Notes: generated by a model not told the origin, from the sequence alone. Positions 1 to 11,956 are shown, numbered from the whole stretch's first letter. The stretch is DNA of 61,735 bases, filler included, from Actinomycetota bacterium (GCA_013152275.1; 7 parts of 7 records of this genome joined end to end with filler, not necessarily neighbours in it), one strand, 5' to 3'. A program made the numbers and translations.

Positions 1-2
1 CC

Positions 3-839
3 GAACCCGCTCCCGCCCCCGAACCCGCGTCCGAACCGGTCCCCGCGCCCAAACCCGCGCCCGAGCCGGTCGCAGCTCGGGTCGCTCCGGCGGCAGCGGC
101 GGATGTGCCCACCCTTCCCGGCGACGAGGTGCGCGATCTGACCCGTGTCCGGGTTCGTATCGCCGAGAACATGATCCGAGCCAAACGGACCGCCGCGCAC
201 GTGTGGACATCGGTCGAGGTCGACTATGAGTCGGTCGAACGTGTGCGCAGCCGCCACCGTGCCGGGTTCAAAGAACAGGAAGGTTTCTCGCTCACCTACC
301 TGCCGTTCATCGCCAGGGCGACCGTCGACGCGCTCAAGGCGTTCCCTGTCGTCAACTCCTCGTTCTACCTGGAACAGAAGAAAGCCGTGTTCCACAACAC
401 GATCAATCTCGGCATCGCCGTCAACGTCGAGGGCAAGGGCCTCATCGTCACGTCGCTGAAGGATGCCGATGGGCTGCGGCTGGTCGGCCTGGCCCGCGGA
501 ATCCGAGATCTTGCCGACAAGGCGCGCTCTGGAAGACTGGAGCCCGACGACGTGGCCGGCTTCACGTTCAGCATCACCAACCCCGGTCCGTACGGGTCCT
601 TCATGTCCGTGCCCATCCTGCCGCAGCCGAATGTCGGGATCCTGTCGACCGAGACGATCGTGAAGCGCCCGACGGTGATCACCTCGGCCGAAGGCCAGGA
701 CATGATCGCCATTCACCCGATCGGATACCTGGGGCTCACGTGGGATCACCGAGCGTTCGACGGCGTGATCGCCGTGCAGTTCCTCAACCGGATCAAGGAG
801 AACCTGCAGAGTTGGGACTGGCAGCAGGAGTTGTCGTGA
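3..839 (+). CDS. Dihydrolipoamide acyltransferase (E2 of a 2-oxoacid dehydrogenase), 5' partial
   Basis: Pro/Ala linker EPAPAPEPASEP in frame from base 3; catalytic DHRAFDG; LTYLPFIARA and NLGIAV segments; upstream of lipoate genes. Confidence 0.93.
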   Translation, partial: EPAPAPEPASEPVPAPKPAPEPVAARVAPAAAADVPTLPGDEVRDLTRVRVRIAENMIRAKRTAAHVWTSVEVDYESVERVRSRHRAGFKEQEGFSLTYLPFIARATVDALKAFPVVNSSFYLEQKKAVFHNTINLGIAVNVEGKGLIVTSLKDADGLRLVGLARGIRDLADKARSGRLEPDDVAGFTFSITNPGPYGSFMSVPILPQPNVGILSTETIVKRPTVITSAEGQDMIAIHPIGYLGLTWDHRAFDGVIAVQFLNRIKENLQSWDWQQELS

Positions 840-845
840 GCCACA

Positions 846-908
846 TCTTCCTTCCCCCTCAGGGGGAAGTGGCCGAGGCGAGGAACGAGGCGCGGCCGAT
901 GGGGGTGG
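846..908. repeat. REP-like double-hairpin repeat, copy 1
   Basis: CTTCCCCC-TCA-GGGGGAAG stem, then TGGCCG...CGGCCGATGGGGG; related copies at 28941, 29042 and 31999. Confidence 0.8.
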
Positions 909-974
909 TGCCATGGCCGGCGGAGGAGCGATACGAAATACCTGGTACTTGGCACTTCGTACTCGGTGTCAGCC

Positions 975-2641
975 ATGACACCTGACACCGGTCTGCGAAC
1001 CCGCTGGCTGGGGCGGCTCCCATACGCCGAGGCGTGGGACCTGCAGAAGGCCATATGGGAGGGTCGCACGACCGGCCGAACCGTCGACGACTATCTGCTG
1101 TTGCTCGAACATCCCCACGTCTACACGATCGGGCGCCACGGCGACCGGGCCAACCTGCTGGTGTCGAACGAGCGCCTCGCCCAGCTGAACGCCGAGGTGT
1201 TCGACATCGACCGGGGTGGCGACATCACCTACCACGGTCCCGGCCAGCTCGTCGGCTATCCGATCGTCGCACTGGACGACACGAAGCGGGTCTCCGCGTA
1301 CGTGCACGGCCTCGAAGCCGCGCTGATGTCCACGCTCGCCGACTTCGGGATCGAATCGTGGACCGAACGTGACTTCACGGGAGTCTGGACCGCCAAAGGC
1401 AAGGTCGCCGCGATCGGCATCAGGGTCGCCCAGGGCGTCACGATGCACGGGTTCGCCGTGAATGTGAACACCGACATGTCGTACTTCGGCCACATCAACC
1501 CGTGTGGCATCACCGACCGTGCCGTCGTCTCGATGCAGGCATTGCTCGGGACCGACATCTCCCTCGAAGAAGTGGTCGAGCACCTCATCCCGCGTTTCGT
1601 CGAGGCCTTCGGGTATGCGAATAGCGAGACACAGCTCGGTGCATTCACACGGGGCCAGGGCCGTGCCCGAACCTTCGAGGTGGATCGGTTGCTCGCCTCG
1701 GGAACGTTCTCGCCGGACCGGCACGAGACCGCACCGATCACGCTCAAGGGCGGGCGCCTCCCCGGTGAGCCCGAACGCCCGGACTGGATGCGGGTGAAGG
1801 CCCACATGGGCGCCGAGTACGTCGCGCTGAAGTCGATGATGCGTGATCTGGATCTCAACACTGTCTGTGAGGACGCCGGCTGTCCGAACATCTTCGAGTG
1901 CTGGGAATCGGGGACGTCGACACTGATGATCCTCGGCGACCGATGCACCCGCGCGTGCAGTTTCTGCGATGTCGCAACCGGCAAGCCGGTCGAACTCGAC
2001 CTCGACGAACCCGAACGTGCCGCAGAGGCGATCGAACGGATGGAGTTGCGCCATGCGGTGATCACGTCGGTGAACCGTGACGATCTCGAAGACGGTGGCT
2101 CGGGCATCTTCGCCCAAACCATCGAGGCCGTGCACCGGCGGGTTCCCGAATGCGACGTCGAAGTGCTGATCCCCGACTTCAAGGGCTCCAAGAAGGATCT
2201 GCAGACGGTGATGGACGCCGGACCGGCCGTTCTGAACCACAACACCGAGACGGTGCTGCGCCTCCAGAGAGACGTCCGGACCGCAGCCAACTACGGAAGG
2301 TCACTCGCCCTGCTGGCGCGGGCCAAATGGCTGAACCCGAACGGTTCGGTCAAGTCGGGACTCATCGTCGGGATGGGCGAGACGAAGGACGAGGTCCTGG
2401 GTGCGCTCGCCGACCTGAGGGCCGTCGGCGTGGACATCGTCACGATCGGCCAGTACCTGCGTCCGAGTGCGAAACATCGTCCGATCCACCGGTACGTTCA
2501 TCCGGACGAGTTCGCCGAGTACATGGACTACGGCGAGAAGCTCGGGCTGGCCCATGTCGAGGCCGGACCGCTGGTGCGTTCGAGCTACCACGCCCGCGAG
2601 GCGATCGAAGCCGCGAGAGCCGGCACCCGGGTCGGCGTGTC

Positions 2642-2645
<4 letters not shown>
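975..2645 (+). CDS. lipA: Fused octanoyltransferase (LipB) and lipoyl synthase (LipA)
   Basis: LipB motifs LEHPHVYTIG, RGGDITYHGPGQLVGY, KVAAIG, HGFAVN, INPCG; LipA motifs CEDAGCPNIFEC, CTRACSFC, VRSSYHA; one uninterrupted ORF. Confidence 0.95.
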
Positions 2646-3730
<1,085 letters not shown>

Positions 3731-3734
3731 GCCA

Positions 3735-3805
3735 CTCCTTTCCCGTTCTTGTGTGAGTTGCCTGCCATATACGCGCGGCGTTCTGACGCAAGAACAGGGG
3801 GGAGG
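3735..3805. terminator. Imperfect inverted repeat between convergent genes (terminator or palindromic repeat)
   Basis: GTTCTTGTGTGAG (3745) versus CTGACGCAAGAAC (3783), with C-rich and G-rich flanks. Confidence 0.45.
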
Positions 3806-3807
3806 CT

Positions 3808-4575
3808 CTAGATCCCGAGCAGCGTGCGAACGGCGCCTTCGATACCCGGTGCGGTTGCCACGAAGCCGGACAGCAACGGGTCCGGCCGATTGAACCGCAC
3901 CGGTTCGCCGTCGATGCCGAACACGACACCGCCGGCGGCCGTGACGAGTGCCGCACCGGCGGCGACGTCCCATTCGTTCTTGGGCACCAGCGTCCAGGTG
4001 GCGTCGGCCAGCCCCGCGGCGACGAGGCCGAGCTTGTAGGCGACCGACCCGAGGTTGCGCACCGAGACCGGGGTTGCGTAGAACCGCTCCCAGTCGCCCC
4101 GTTTCGTCTCGCTGCGCGAAGCCAGCACCAGCGCCCCGCGCACGTCGGTGACCGGAGAGATACATGCCGGTTCTCCGTTGAGGGTCACACCCTCACCGAC
4201 GGCGCCGAGGATCAGCCGGTCACTTGTCGGTGCATAGATTCCACCGGCGACCGGGACGCCATCTTCGACGAGGCCGATCGAGACGCACCACTCCGGGATG
4301 CCGGCGATGAACTCCCTCGTCCCGTCGACAGGATCGACGACCCAGACCCGTCGACAGGCCAGGCGCGACGGGTCGTCTGCGGTCTCTTCGGACAGCCAGC
4401 CGTCATCCTGCTCGGGGAGGATGCCTGCGAGCACTTCGTTGACGGCGAGATCCGCTGCGGTGACCGGGTCACCACCTTCTTTGAGGACAGACTCGATCGC
4501 TCCGGCAGTGAACGCGTCGAGGGTCTCCCCGGCGCGGCGCAACGCCGTCTCGATACGGGCAAGGTCGTGCCTCAT
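3808..4575 (-). CDS. cysQ: 3'(2'),5'-bisphosphate nucleotidase CysQ (inositol monophosphatase family)
   Basis: DPVTAAD, LSEE, WVVDPVDGTREF, EWDVAAG; start overlaps SLC13 stop; in sulfate operon. Confidence 0.88.
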   Translation of the reverse strand: MRHDLARIETALRRAGETLDAFTAGAIESVLKEGGDPVTAADLAVNEVLAGILPEQDDGWLSEETADDPSRLACRRVWVVDPVDGTREFIAGIPEWCVSIGLVEDGVPVAGGIYAPTSDRLILGAVGEGVTLNGEPACISPVTDVRGALVLASRSETKRGDWERFYATPVSVRNLGSVAYKLGLVAAGLADATWTLVPKNEWDVAAGAALVTAAGGVVFGIDGEPVRFNRPDPLLSGFVATAPGIEGAVRTLLGI

Positions 4576-6335
4576 AGAGGCCAGAGGATAGGGATCCCGA
4601 CGAGCAGCATCGCCACGACGACGACGGTGAGTGGCACACCCAGGCGCAGATAGTCGCTGAACCGGTATCCGCCCGGCCCGTACACCATCAGGTTCGTCTG
4701 ATACCCGATCGGGGTGAGGAACGGTGTCGCGGCGGCGACGGCGACACCGAGGGCGAACGCCCGGGGGTTCAACCCGAGTCCTGTGGCGGTGGCCAGCGCC
4801 ACAGGGAGGATCAACAGGGCGGCGGCGTTGTTCGTCACGAGCTCCTTGAGGATCACGGTCGCAATGATGACGCCGGCGAGTGCACCGACCGGCCCGAGCC
4901 CGCCGAACGTGCCAATCATCCAGGTTGCGGCGGTGTCGGCCAGCCCGGACGTCTGCATCCCCGCGGCGATACCGAACGCGGCGGCGATCGTGATGATGAC
5001 ATCCAGGTCGACGGCGGTGCGCGCCTCGGCCGTGGTGACGATCCGTAGCGCCACCAGAGCCGCGGCCCCGAGCAACGCCGCGGTGACGAGTGGTACGAGG
5101 CCGGTGGCCGCCGCGGCGACCATCGCTGCGACGATCAGGCCGGTGAGCGGAGCCCGGCGCCCGGCGACGGGCGGGGCGGCGTCCAGCCGTGCGATCAACG
5201 CGAAGTCCGGACGTTCCCGCCACCGGCGGCCCCAGTCGTGGTCGGCGACGACCAGCAGCGTGTCACCGGGTCGCAGCACGACGTCGCCGAGTTTCGCATC
5301 GATGCGTTGTCCTGCCCGGTGGATCGCCGTGACGACCGCCTGGTAGCGGCCCCGGAACTCGGCCGACCGCAACGTCGTGCCGACGAGCGGCGACGACGTG
5401 CCGATGACGGCCTCGTAGTGGGCGACGTCGGTTGCGTCGAGTCGAGTCATCTGATGATGCTCCGTGGATGCCAACCCCGGGACGGCAATCAGGTCGACGA
5501 CCTGATCGACCCTGCCGACGAACCGGAGTACATCACCGGTGTGCAGCATCGTGTCGCGTCCGACCGGTGTGACCAGCTTGCCGGCCCGCTCGAGCTGGGC
5601 GAGGAACACGCCGCGCAGATGCCGTAGGCCGGCTGCCTCGACGGTGAGACCGTCGAGGTCGGCGAGCACCTGCATCGTGATGTTGAACTGGCGGAACTCC
5701 TCGTCGTCGGCGGCGGCGGGGGACCGCCGGTCCGGCAGCAGCTTCGGAGCGAGGAGGACGATCAGGGCGATCCCGACGACGGCCACAGGCAGGCCGATCT
5801 TGGTGATCTCGAAGAAGCCGAGCGGAGCGTACCCGTCGGCTTCGAGCAGGCCGGAGACGACGATGTTGGTGGCGGTGCCCATCAAGGTGACGACCCCACC
5901 GAGGATCGCGGCGAACGACAATGGCATCAGGTACCTCGACGGTGACTGGCCGCGTCCTTCCGCCCACCGTTCGATCTGGGGGGCGAGCATCGCAACGATC
6001 GGCGTGTTGTTCAGGATCGACGACGCCGCGGTTGTGGGCACGGTGAGCCGGGCGAGGGCGGCGCTCGGACGGTCGCCGTCGCCAAGGACGGTGCGGACGA
6101 GCGGTGCCAACACACCGGTCTTGGCGACTGCGGCGGCGACGATGTAGAGGGCGGCGATCGTTGCGGGGGCGGGGTTGGCGAACCCGGAGAGCGCCTCGGC
6201 CGGGCTGACGATCCCTGCGGTGAGCAGCGCCACCGTGCCGGAGCCGATCGCCGCGGCAGGAGGCAGCATGTCGCGCACCAACACCACGACGACGGCGACG
6301 ACGATTCCGAGGGTGAACCACGCCTGCCAGTTCAT
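4572..6335 (-). CDS. SLC13/DASS permease with two TrkA-C domains (probable sulfate transporter)
   Basis: NNTPIVA, LMPLSFAAILGG..TLMGTATN, TNNAAA, TPIGYQTNLMVYGPGGYRFSDY. Confidence 0.92.
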   Translation of the reverse strand: MNWQAWFTLGIVVAVVVVLVRDMLPPAAAIGSGTVALLTAGIVSPAEALSGFANPAPATIAALYIVAAAVAKTGVLAPLVRTVLGDGDRPSAALARLTVPTTAASSILNNTPIVAMLAPQIERWAEGRGQSPSRYLMPLSFAAILGGVVTLMGTATNIVVSGLLEADGYAPLGFFEITKIGLPVAVVGIALIVLLAPKLLPDRRSPAAADDEEFRQFNITMQVLADLDGLTVEAAGLRHLRGVFLAQLERAGKLVTPVGRDTMLHTGDVLRFVGRVDQVVDLIAVPGLASTEHHQMTRLDATDVAHYEAVIGTSSPLVGTTLRSAEFRGRYQAVVTAIHRAGQRIDAKLGDVVLRPGDTLLVVADHDWGRRWRERPDFALIARLDAAPPVAGRRAPLTGLIVAAMVAAAATGLVPLVTAALLGAAALVALRIVTTAEARTAVDLDVIITIAAAFGIAAGMQTSGLADTAATWMIGTFGGLGPVGALAGVIIATVILKELVTNNAAALLILPVALATATGLGLNPRAFALGVAVAAATPFLTPIGYQTNLMVYGPGGYRFSDYLRLGVPLTVVVVAMLLVGIPILWPL

Positions 6336-6478
6336 TCAGCCGGCTCCGCGGGTGTCACTCGGACCCCCTGCGTCCCTGGCCAAAGCCCCCAAGACCCCCT
6401 CTGTCCCTGGCAAGAGGTTCGAGGGCGCCTCCCCGACGTCGGCCCTGGAGGGGCCTCCCGGGGGAGGAAACGGGGGGC

Positions 6479-8209
6479 TCACCGGTCCCCGTTGACATCC
6501 ACATAGCCGAGCTTCTCCAGCTCGATGATGATCTGGTTTGCAGCCTCCTCAGGGCTCATCGTGCTGGTGTCGATCACCACGTCGGCATTCTGCGGCTCCT
6601 CATACGGATCCGAGATGCCGGTGAACTCCTTGATGATCCCGGCTCGGGCCTTGGCGTACAGGCCCTTGCGGTCACGCTGCTCGCACACCTCGAGCGGTGT
6701 GCTGAGGTAAACGAGCACGTACCCACCGTACGCGGAGATGGCCGCGCGGTTCTCTTGACGGATCTCCTCGTACGGGGCGATCGGCGCGCAGATCGCGATG
6801 CCGCGATGCTTGGTGATCTCCGATGCGACGAACCCGATCCGGCGGATGTTGATGTCGCGATGCTCCTTGGAGAAGCCGAGTTCCGACGACAGGTTCTTTC
6901 GCACGATGTCGCCATCGAGCAGTGTGATGGGACGGCCACCGATCTCGGACAGCTTCACCAGCAACGCGTTTGCGACCGTCGACTTGCCGGATCCCGACAG
7001 GCCCGTGAAGAACACGGTGAAACCCTGTTTGGAGCGTGGCGGGTGGGTACGGCGCAGCTCGGTCACAACTTCCGGATAGGTGAACCATTCGGGGATCTCG
7101 CGACCCTCGGCGAGGCGTTCACGAAGCTCGGTTCCGGAGATGCTGAGTGTGCGGGCGCCCTCGGGGACCTCGTCGATCGGCAGATAGGTGTCCTGGTCTT
7201 CGAGGTACACCATCAGTTTGAACGGCACCATCGCGACGCCAAGCTCCGCCTCGTGCTCTCTGAGGAGATCCTGGGCGTCGTACGGTCCGTAGAACGGAGT
7301 TCCCGACGAGTCCGAACCCGGGCCGGCGTGATCCCGACCGACGATGAAATGGGTCACGCCGTAGTTCTTGCGGATGATGGCGTGCCACAGTGCCTCGCGA
7401 GGTCCACCCATCCGCATCGCCAACGGCAACAGGGACAGCATCGCCGTCTGGCGGGGGTAGCGGTTGAGCACCGCCTGATAGGCACGCACCCGTGTGTAGT
7501 GGTCGACGTCACCGGGCTTGGTCATGCCGACGACGGGGTGGATCAGCAGGTTCGCCCCGACTTCCGTCGCTGCACGGCGAGTCAGCTCGACGTGGGCGCG
7601 ATGCATCGGGTTGCGTGTCTGAAACGCCACGACCGTGCGCCAGCCCAACTTGGCGAACCGGGTCCGCACCTCGGCGGGGGTCAGTCGAAGCTGACGGAAG
7701 TCGTAGTGGACCGGTCGCTGCACACCCTCGAGCGTCCCGCCCACGTAGACCGGGTTGGCGGCATCGAACAGGTAGCCGACGGCCGGATGCTCCGGATTGG
7801 CCGTGCCGAAGACCGCCTCCGCTTCACGGTGCTTGTCGGGTGTCCACACATCCGAGACCGTGAGTGCGGCGAGCATGACGCCTTCGGAATCCCGAAGGGC
7901 GATCTTTCCACCGGTCTCGAGGCCCTCTGCGAAGGATTCGGTGACATCCAGGGTGATCGGTATCGGCCACAGGGTCCCGTCTGCGAGCCGCATCGTTTCC
8001 AGAACCGGTTCGTAGTCGTCGCGGGCCATGAATCCCCGCAGCGGTGAGAACCCTCCGGTCAGCAACAGTTCGAGGTCGTGAACCTGGCGATCGGTCAGAT
8101 CCCATGACGGCCAGTCACGGGACGCCTCTTTGAGTTCGGCAGCTCGGGCCTCGTCGACGAGCAGGTCGACGAGTTCGCCGCCGTGCGGTTTGATCAGATG
8201 GTCGGTCAT
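6479..8209 (-). CDS. sat: Bifunctional sulfate adenylyltransferase / adenylylsulfate kinase (Sat-CysC)
   Basis: AFQTRNPMHRAH, GRDHAG; C-terminal FTGLSGSGKST, LLDGD, KGLYAKAR, FTGISDPYE. Confidence 0.96.
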   Translation of the reverse strand: MTDHLIKPHGGELVDLLVDEARAAELKEASRDWPSWDLTDRQVHDLELLLTGGFSPLRGFMARDDYEPVLETMRLADGTLWPIPITLDVTESFAEGLETGGKIALRDSEGVMLAALTVSDVWTPDKHREAEAVFGTANPEHPAVGYLFDAANPVYVGGTLEGVQRPVHYDFRQLRLTPAEVRTRFAKLGWRTVVAFQTRNPMHRAHVELTRRAATEVGANLLIHPVVGMTKPGDVDHYTRVRAYQAVLNRYPRQTAMLSLLPLAMRMGGPREALWHAIIRKNYGVTHFIVGRDHAGPGSDSSGTPFYGPYDAQDLLREHEAELGVAMVPFKLMVYLEDQDTYLPIDEVPEGARTLSISGTELRERLAEGREIPEWFTYPEVVTELRRTHPPRSKQGFTVFFTGLSGSGKSTVANALLVKLSEIGGRPITLLDGDIVRKNLSSELGFSKEHRDINIRRIGFVASEITKHRGIAICAPIAPYEEIRQENRAAISAYGGYVLVYLSTPLEVCEQRDRKGLYAKARAGIIKEFTGISDPYEEPQNADVVIDTSTMSPEEAANQIIIELEKLGYVDVNGDR

Positions 8210-8334
8210 GCGCGCTTCCTGTGGTATGTCGGTGGTGGGAGTGTAGGTGAATCCGGCCTTCGTGAGGCATCGTTATGGGCGGAGTGCTTGGCCCGGACGT
8301 CGCTACCCTTGCCGCCAACGGATCAGGAGTATTC

Positions 8335-10266
8335 ATGACCACCGAGCAACTTGCCGTCGACACGATCAAAGGCCTCGCCATCGACGCCATCCAGAAGGCC
8401 AACTCGGGTCATCCCGGGGCCCCGATGGGCATGGCCGACATCGCCACGGTGCTCTGGACCAAGTTCCTGAACGTCGATCCCGACGATCCGATGTGGCCGG
8501 ATCGCGACCGGTTCGTGCTCTCCAACGGCCACGCATCGATGCTGCTCTACTCATTGCTGCATCTCAGTGGTTTCCCGGTCACGATGGAGGATCTGCGACA
8601 GTTCCGCCAGTGGGGGTCCCACACGGCGGGGCATCCCGAGATCAGTCACGCGAGAGGGATCGAGATGACCACCGGTCCACTCGGTCAGGGATTCGCCACC
8701 GCGGTCGGCATGGCGATCGCCGAGGAGCACCTGCGGGCGGTCTTCGGCCCCGAGCTCGTGAACCATCGCACCTGGGGGTTCGTCTCGGACGGTGACCTCA
8801 TGGAAGGCATCTCCTCGGAGGCGGCGTCGCTCGCCGGCCATCTGGGACTCGGCAGGCTCATCTACTACTACGACAACAATCACATCACCATCGACGGGAA
8901 CACGTCGATCACCTTCACCGAGGACATTCCCGCCCGGTTCGCCGCCGTGGGATGGCACACGGTCTCCGTGGACGGTCATGACCGGGTCGCGATCGAGGAA
9001 GCGACCCGTGAGGCACTCGTCGTCGCCGATCGGCCCTCGTTGATCATCGCCCGCACGCATATCGGCAACGGTGCGCCCACCAAGCACGACACACCGGGAG
9101 TGCACGGATCGCCGCTGGGCGAGGAGGAGCTTCGTGCAACCAAGGAGCTGATGGGGTTCCCGCCCGACGAGCCGTTCTACGTGCCGGACGGTGTGTACGA
9201 GTTCTTCTCCAAGGCGATGGACCGGGGCCGTGCCGTGCACAAGGCGTGGGAAGAGCGGTTCGAGAGTATCGATGCCGTGACGAGTGGACGCTGGGCGGGC
9301 TACTTCGGTGGCGCGCCGGTTCGGTTGGAGGCACCCGAGTTCGAAGGCAAGATCGCCACCCGGGCCGCCGCGGGCACGGTGTTCGACCAGATCGCCGAGA
9401 AGGTTCCCGGTTTCATCGGCGGCGCCGCCGACCTGGTCGCATCGACCAAGACCGAGATCTCGTTTTCCGGAAGCTTCTCGAAGGAGGATCGGGCGGGTCG
9501 CAACATCCACTTCGGGATTCGTGAGCATGCGATGGGCGCGATCACCAACGGGCTGGCCGTACACGGCGGTCTGCGGCCGTACGGGGCGACGTTCTTCGTG
9601 TTCAGCGACTATATGCGACCGGCGGTGCGCCTTGCCGCGCTCATGGAAGCCGGGAGCATCTTCATCTGGACGCACGACTCGGTGTTCCTCGGTGAGGATG
9701 GGCCGACCCACCAGCCGATCGAGCACCTCGCGTCGCTGCGGGCCATGCCCAACCTGTGGGTGCTGCGCCCCGCGGACGCGACCGAGACGGTCGAGGCGTT
9801 GGAGCTGGCCGTCAACCGGACCGACGGGCCGACCGCACTGGTGCTGACACGGCAGGGGCTCCCTGTGCTGGAGCGGCCCGCCGGAGGCGTCGCCCGCGGC
9901 GGGTATGTGCTGCGCGACGGCGAGGACGTGGTCCTGGTCGCGACCGGATCGGAAGTCCATGTGGCGTTGGGAGCCGCCGAGATGCTGGCCGGCGAGGGCG
10001 TGTCGGCTCGAGTCGTGTCGCTGCCGTCGTGGGAGGCGTTCTTCGCCCAGGATGACGCGTACCGGACATCGGTGCTCGGCGACGGTGTGCCGATCGTCTC
10101 GATCGAGGCCGCCTCGACGTTCGGCTGGGAGCGGATCACCGGTTCGGGCGGTCTCCGAATTGGCATCGACCACTTCGGCGCGTCGGCGCCGGCTTCCGTC
10201 ATCGCCGAGAAATGGGGCTTCACGGCCGAGGCTGTCGCTTCACGAGTGCGGGAGTGGTTGGGGTAG
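8335..10266 (+). CDS. tkt: Transketolase
   Basis: SGHPGAPMG, RDRFVLSNGH, SDGDLMEG, FGIREHAM, GEDGPTHQP; AGGAG RBS before ATG 8335. Confidence 0.97.
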   Translation: MTTEQLAVDTIKGLAIDAIQKANSGHPGAPMGMADIATVLWTKFLNVDPDDPMWPDRDRFVLSNGHASMLLYSLLHLSGFPVTMEDLRQFRQWGSHTAGHPEISHARGIEMTTGPLGQGFATAVGMAIAEEHLRAVFGPELVNHRTWGFVSDGDLMEGISSEAASLAGHLGLGRLIYYYDNNHITIDGNTSITFTEDIPARFAAVGWHTVSVDGHDRVAIEEATREALVVADRPSLIIARTHIGNGAPTKHDTPGVHGSPLGEEELRATKELMGFPPDEPFYVPDGVYEFFSKAMDRGRAVHKAWEERFESIDAVTSGRWAGYFGGAPVRLEAPEFEGKIATRAAAGTVFDQIAEKVPGFIGGAADLVASTKTEISFSGSFSKEDRAGRNIHFGIREHAMGAITNGLAVHGGLRPYGATFFVFSDYMRPAVRLAALMEAGSIFIWTHDSVFLGEDGPTHQPIEHLASLRAMPNLWVLRPADATETVEALELAVNRTDGPTALVLTRQGLPVLERPAGGVARGGYVLRDGEDVVLVATGSEVHVALGAAEMLAGEGVSARVVSLPSWEAFFAQDDAYRTSVLGDGVPIVSIEAASTFGWERITGSGGLRIGIDHFGASAPASVIAEKWGFTAEAVASRVREWLG

Positions 10267-10580
10267 GGATCCAGGTCCCCGGCCTCGCCCTGTGCGGCCC
10301 GGTCGGGTGCGACGACTACGTTCTCGACGGGCAGGGATCACCCTCAGTGAGTGTGCTCGCGCGCTTGGCACTCGCCCTGCGCATCTGCCGGTGACACCGG
10401 GAAGCTGCCATGTCGCAGCGTCCTCTTTCCTCGAATATGCAGGGAGTGTCGAGAGCAACGGCAGTCGGCCGCCGCCCGGTGCCGACGAGCCGAAATCGGA
10501 GCCGCGAACAGTGCACAAATATGTGTATGCTCAATGTCATGCACCGTGCCGACATGGGCGGCTGAGCCGGAGGGATAGTT

Positions 10581-11909
10581 ATGGGTACAACCTCAAAGCG
10601 AGGGTACATTGTCTTGCTCGTAGTGGCCACATTGGTATTCGGGGTGCTCGCCCCGATGGCAGGTGCCCTCTCGCCTTCGACGACGCGGTTGGCGGGTACG
10701 GACCGCTACGGCACTGCGGTCGCGATCTCGCAGGCCGCCTTCCCGACCGGCGCCTCCAACGTGTTCATCGCCAATGGGAGCGGGTTCCCCGACGCGCTCG
10801 CGGGTGGTGTCGCCGCCGCGAACGCCAACGGTCCGATTCTGCTCGTGCAGCAAAACTCGATTCCGGCAGTCACCGCCACAGAACTGACCCGACTGGGACC
10901 CACCGAGATCACGATTCTCGGCGGTACCGCAACGGTGTCGAGCGCCGTGGAGACGGCCCTGTCGACATACGCGGCGACGGTGCGGCGCCTCTGGGGTGCG
11001 GATCGGTTCGCGACGGCCGCTGCGATCGCGAGCGACACGTTCCCGTCCGGTGCCTCCACCGTGGTGTTGGCCGCCGGGTACAACTTCCCTGACGCTCTCG
11101 CCGGTTCGCCTGCTGCCACGAAGCTCAACGCACCGTTGCTGCTGACCCGATCTACCGTGCTGCCGACGGTGACCGCGACGGCCATCACCACGTTGGGTGC
11201 GTCTCGAGTCGTGATCCTTGGTGGCACCATTGCCGTGTCTGCAGGTGTTGAAGCTGCGGTCGGTGCCCTCGCCGGAGTGACATCGGTCGAGCGGTGGGCC
11301 GGTCTCGACCGGTTCGCCACTGCTACGACGATCAGCCAGAAGGAATGGTCCTGTGGGAATTTCACGGTGTATGTGGCCTCCGGTCTCAACTTCCCGGACG
11401 CTCTGGCCGGTGGACCTCCGGCGGGCATAGACGGCGCTCCGATGTTGCTGGTGAAGACCGATTCGGTGCCGACGCCGACGTACGATGAGCTGCGGCGTCT
11501 GCGGGCGGTGGAGGTGTTGATCCTCGGGGGAACCAGCGCAGTGTCGGACACGACCAAGACGGCCATCGACTCGATCTTGGCCATGCCGACGTACAACGAT
11601 GCACCGACGGTCACGATCACATCGCCACCGGACCTGTCGACCTACGTCACCACATGGCAGGGATCGGCGTGGGGGGCGCAGGTCACGTTCACGGCGACGA
11701 CGGACGATGCGAACTGTGATTCGGTCACCGTCACCTGGACGTCGAACGTCGACGGCGCCTTGGGCTCAGGGTCGACGATCTCGCCGACGCTGGAGATCCC
11801 ATTCGGGTTGGATTCCTCGCAGCCCACGATCACCGCAACGGTGACCGATTCGTACGGCGCATCCAGCACCGACTCCATTCAGGTGAAGCTGTTGGTCCCA
11901 TCCCCATAG
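10581..11909 (+). CDS. Secreted surface protein with three cell-wall-binding repeat 2 (CWB2) units and a C-terminal Ig/PKD-like domain
   Basis: Signal peptide; three GxDR(Y/F)...FPDALAG...PxLL...ILGG repeats; APTVTITSP..TWTSNVDG tail. Confidence 0.88.
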   Translation: MGTTSKRGYIVLLVVATLVFGVLAPMAGALSPSTTRLAGTDRYGTAVAISQAAFPTGASNVFIANGSGFPDALAGGVAAANANGPILLVQQNSIPAVTATELTRLGPTEITILGGTATVSSAVETALSTYAATVRRLWGADRFATAAAIASDTFPSGASTVVLAAGYNFPDALAGSPAATKLNAPLLLTRSTVLPTVTATAITTLGASRVVILGGTIAVSAGVEAAVGALAGVTSVERWAGLDRFATATTISQKEWSCGNFTVYVASGLNFPDALAGGPPAGIDGAPMLLVKTDSVPTPTYDELRRLRAVEVLILGGTSAVSDTTKTAIDSILAMPTYNDAPTVTITSPPDLSTYVTTWQGSAWGAQVTFTATTDDANCDSVTVTWTSNVDGALGSGSTISPTLEIPFGLDSSQPTITATVTDSYGASSTDSIQVKLLVPSP

Positions 11910-11931
11910 CCGCATATCGTTGCAGTAGGCA

Positions 11932-11956
11932 GGGGGTCCGGCTTGCCGGGCCCCCT
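11932..11956 (+). terminator. Hairpin after CWB2 gene
   Basis: GGGGGTCCGGC-TT-GCCGGGCCCCC. Confidence 0.5.

Noticed and set aside
1..100. Short GC-rich tandem repeats
   Set aside because: They encode the Pro/Ala/Glu linker of E2.
6355..6478. Short direct repeat ACCCCCT..GTCCCTGGC and G/C runs between sat and SLC13
   Set aside because: Only two imperfect ~18-mers and no other copy seen; insufficient support.
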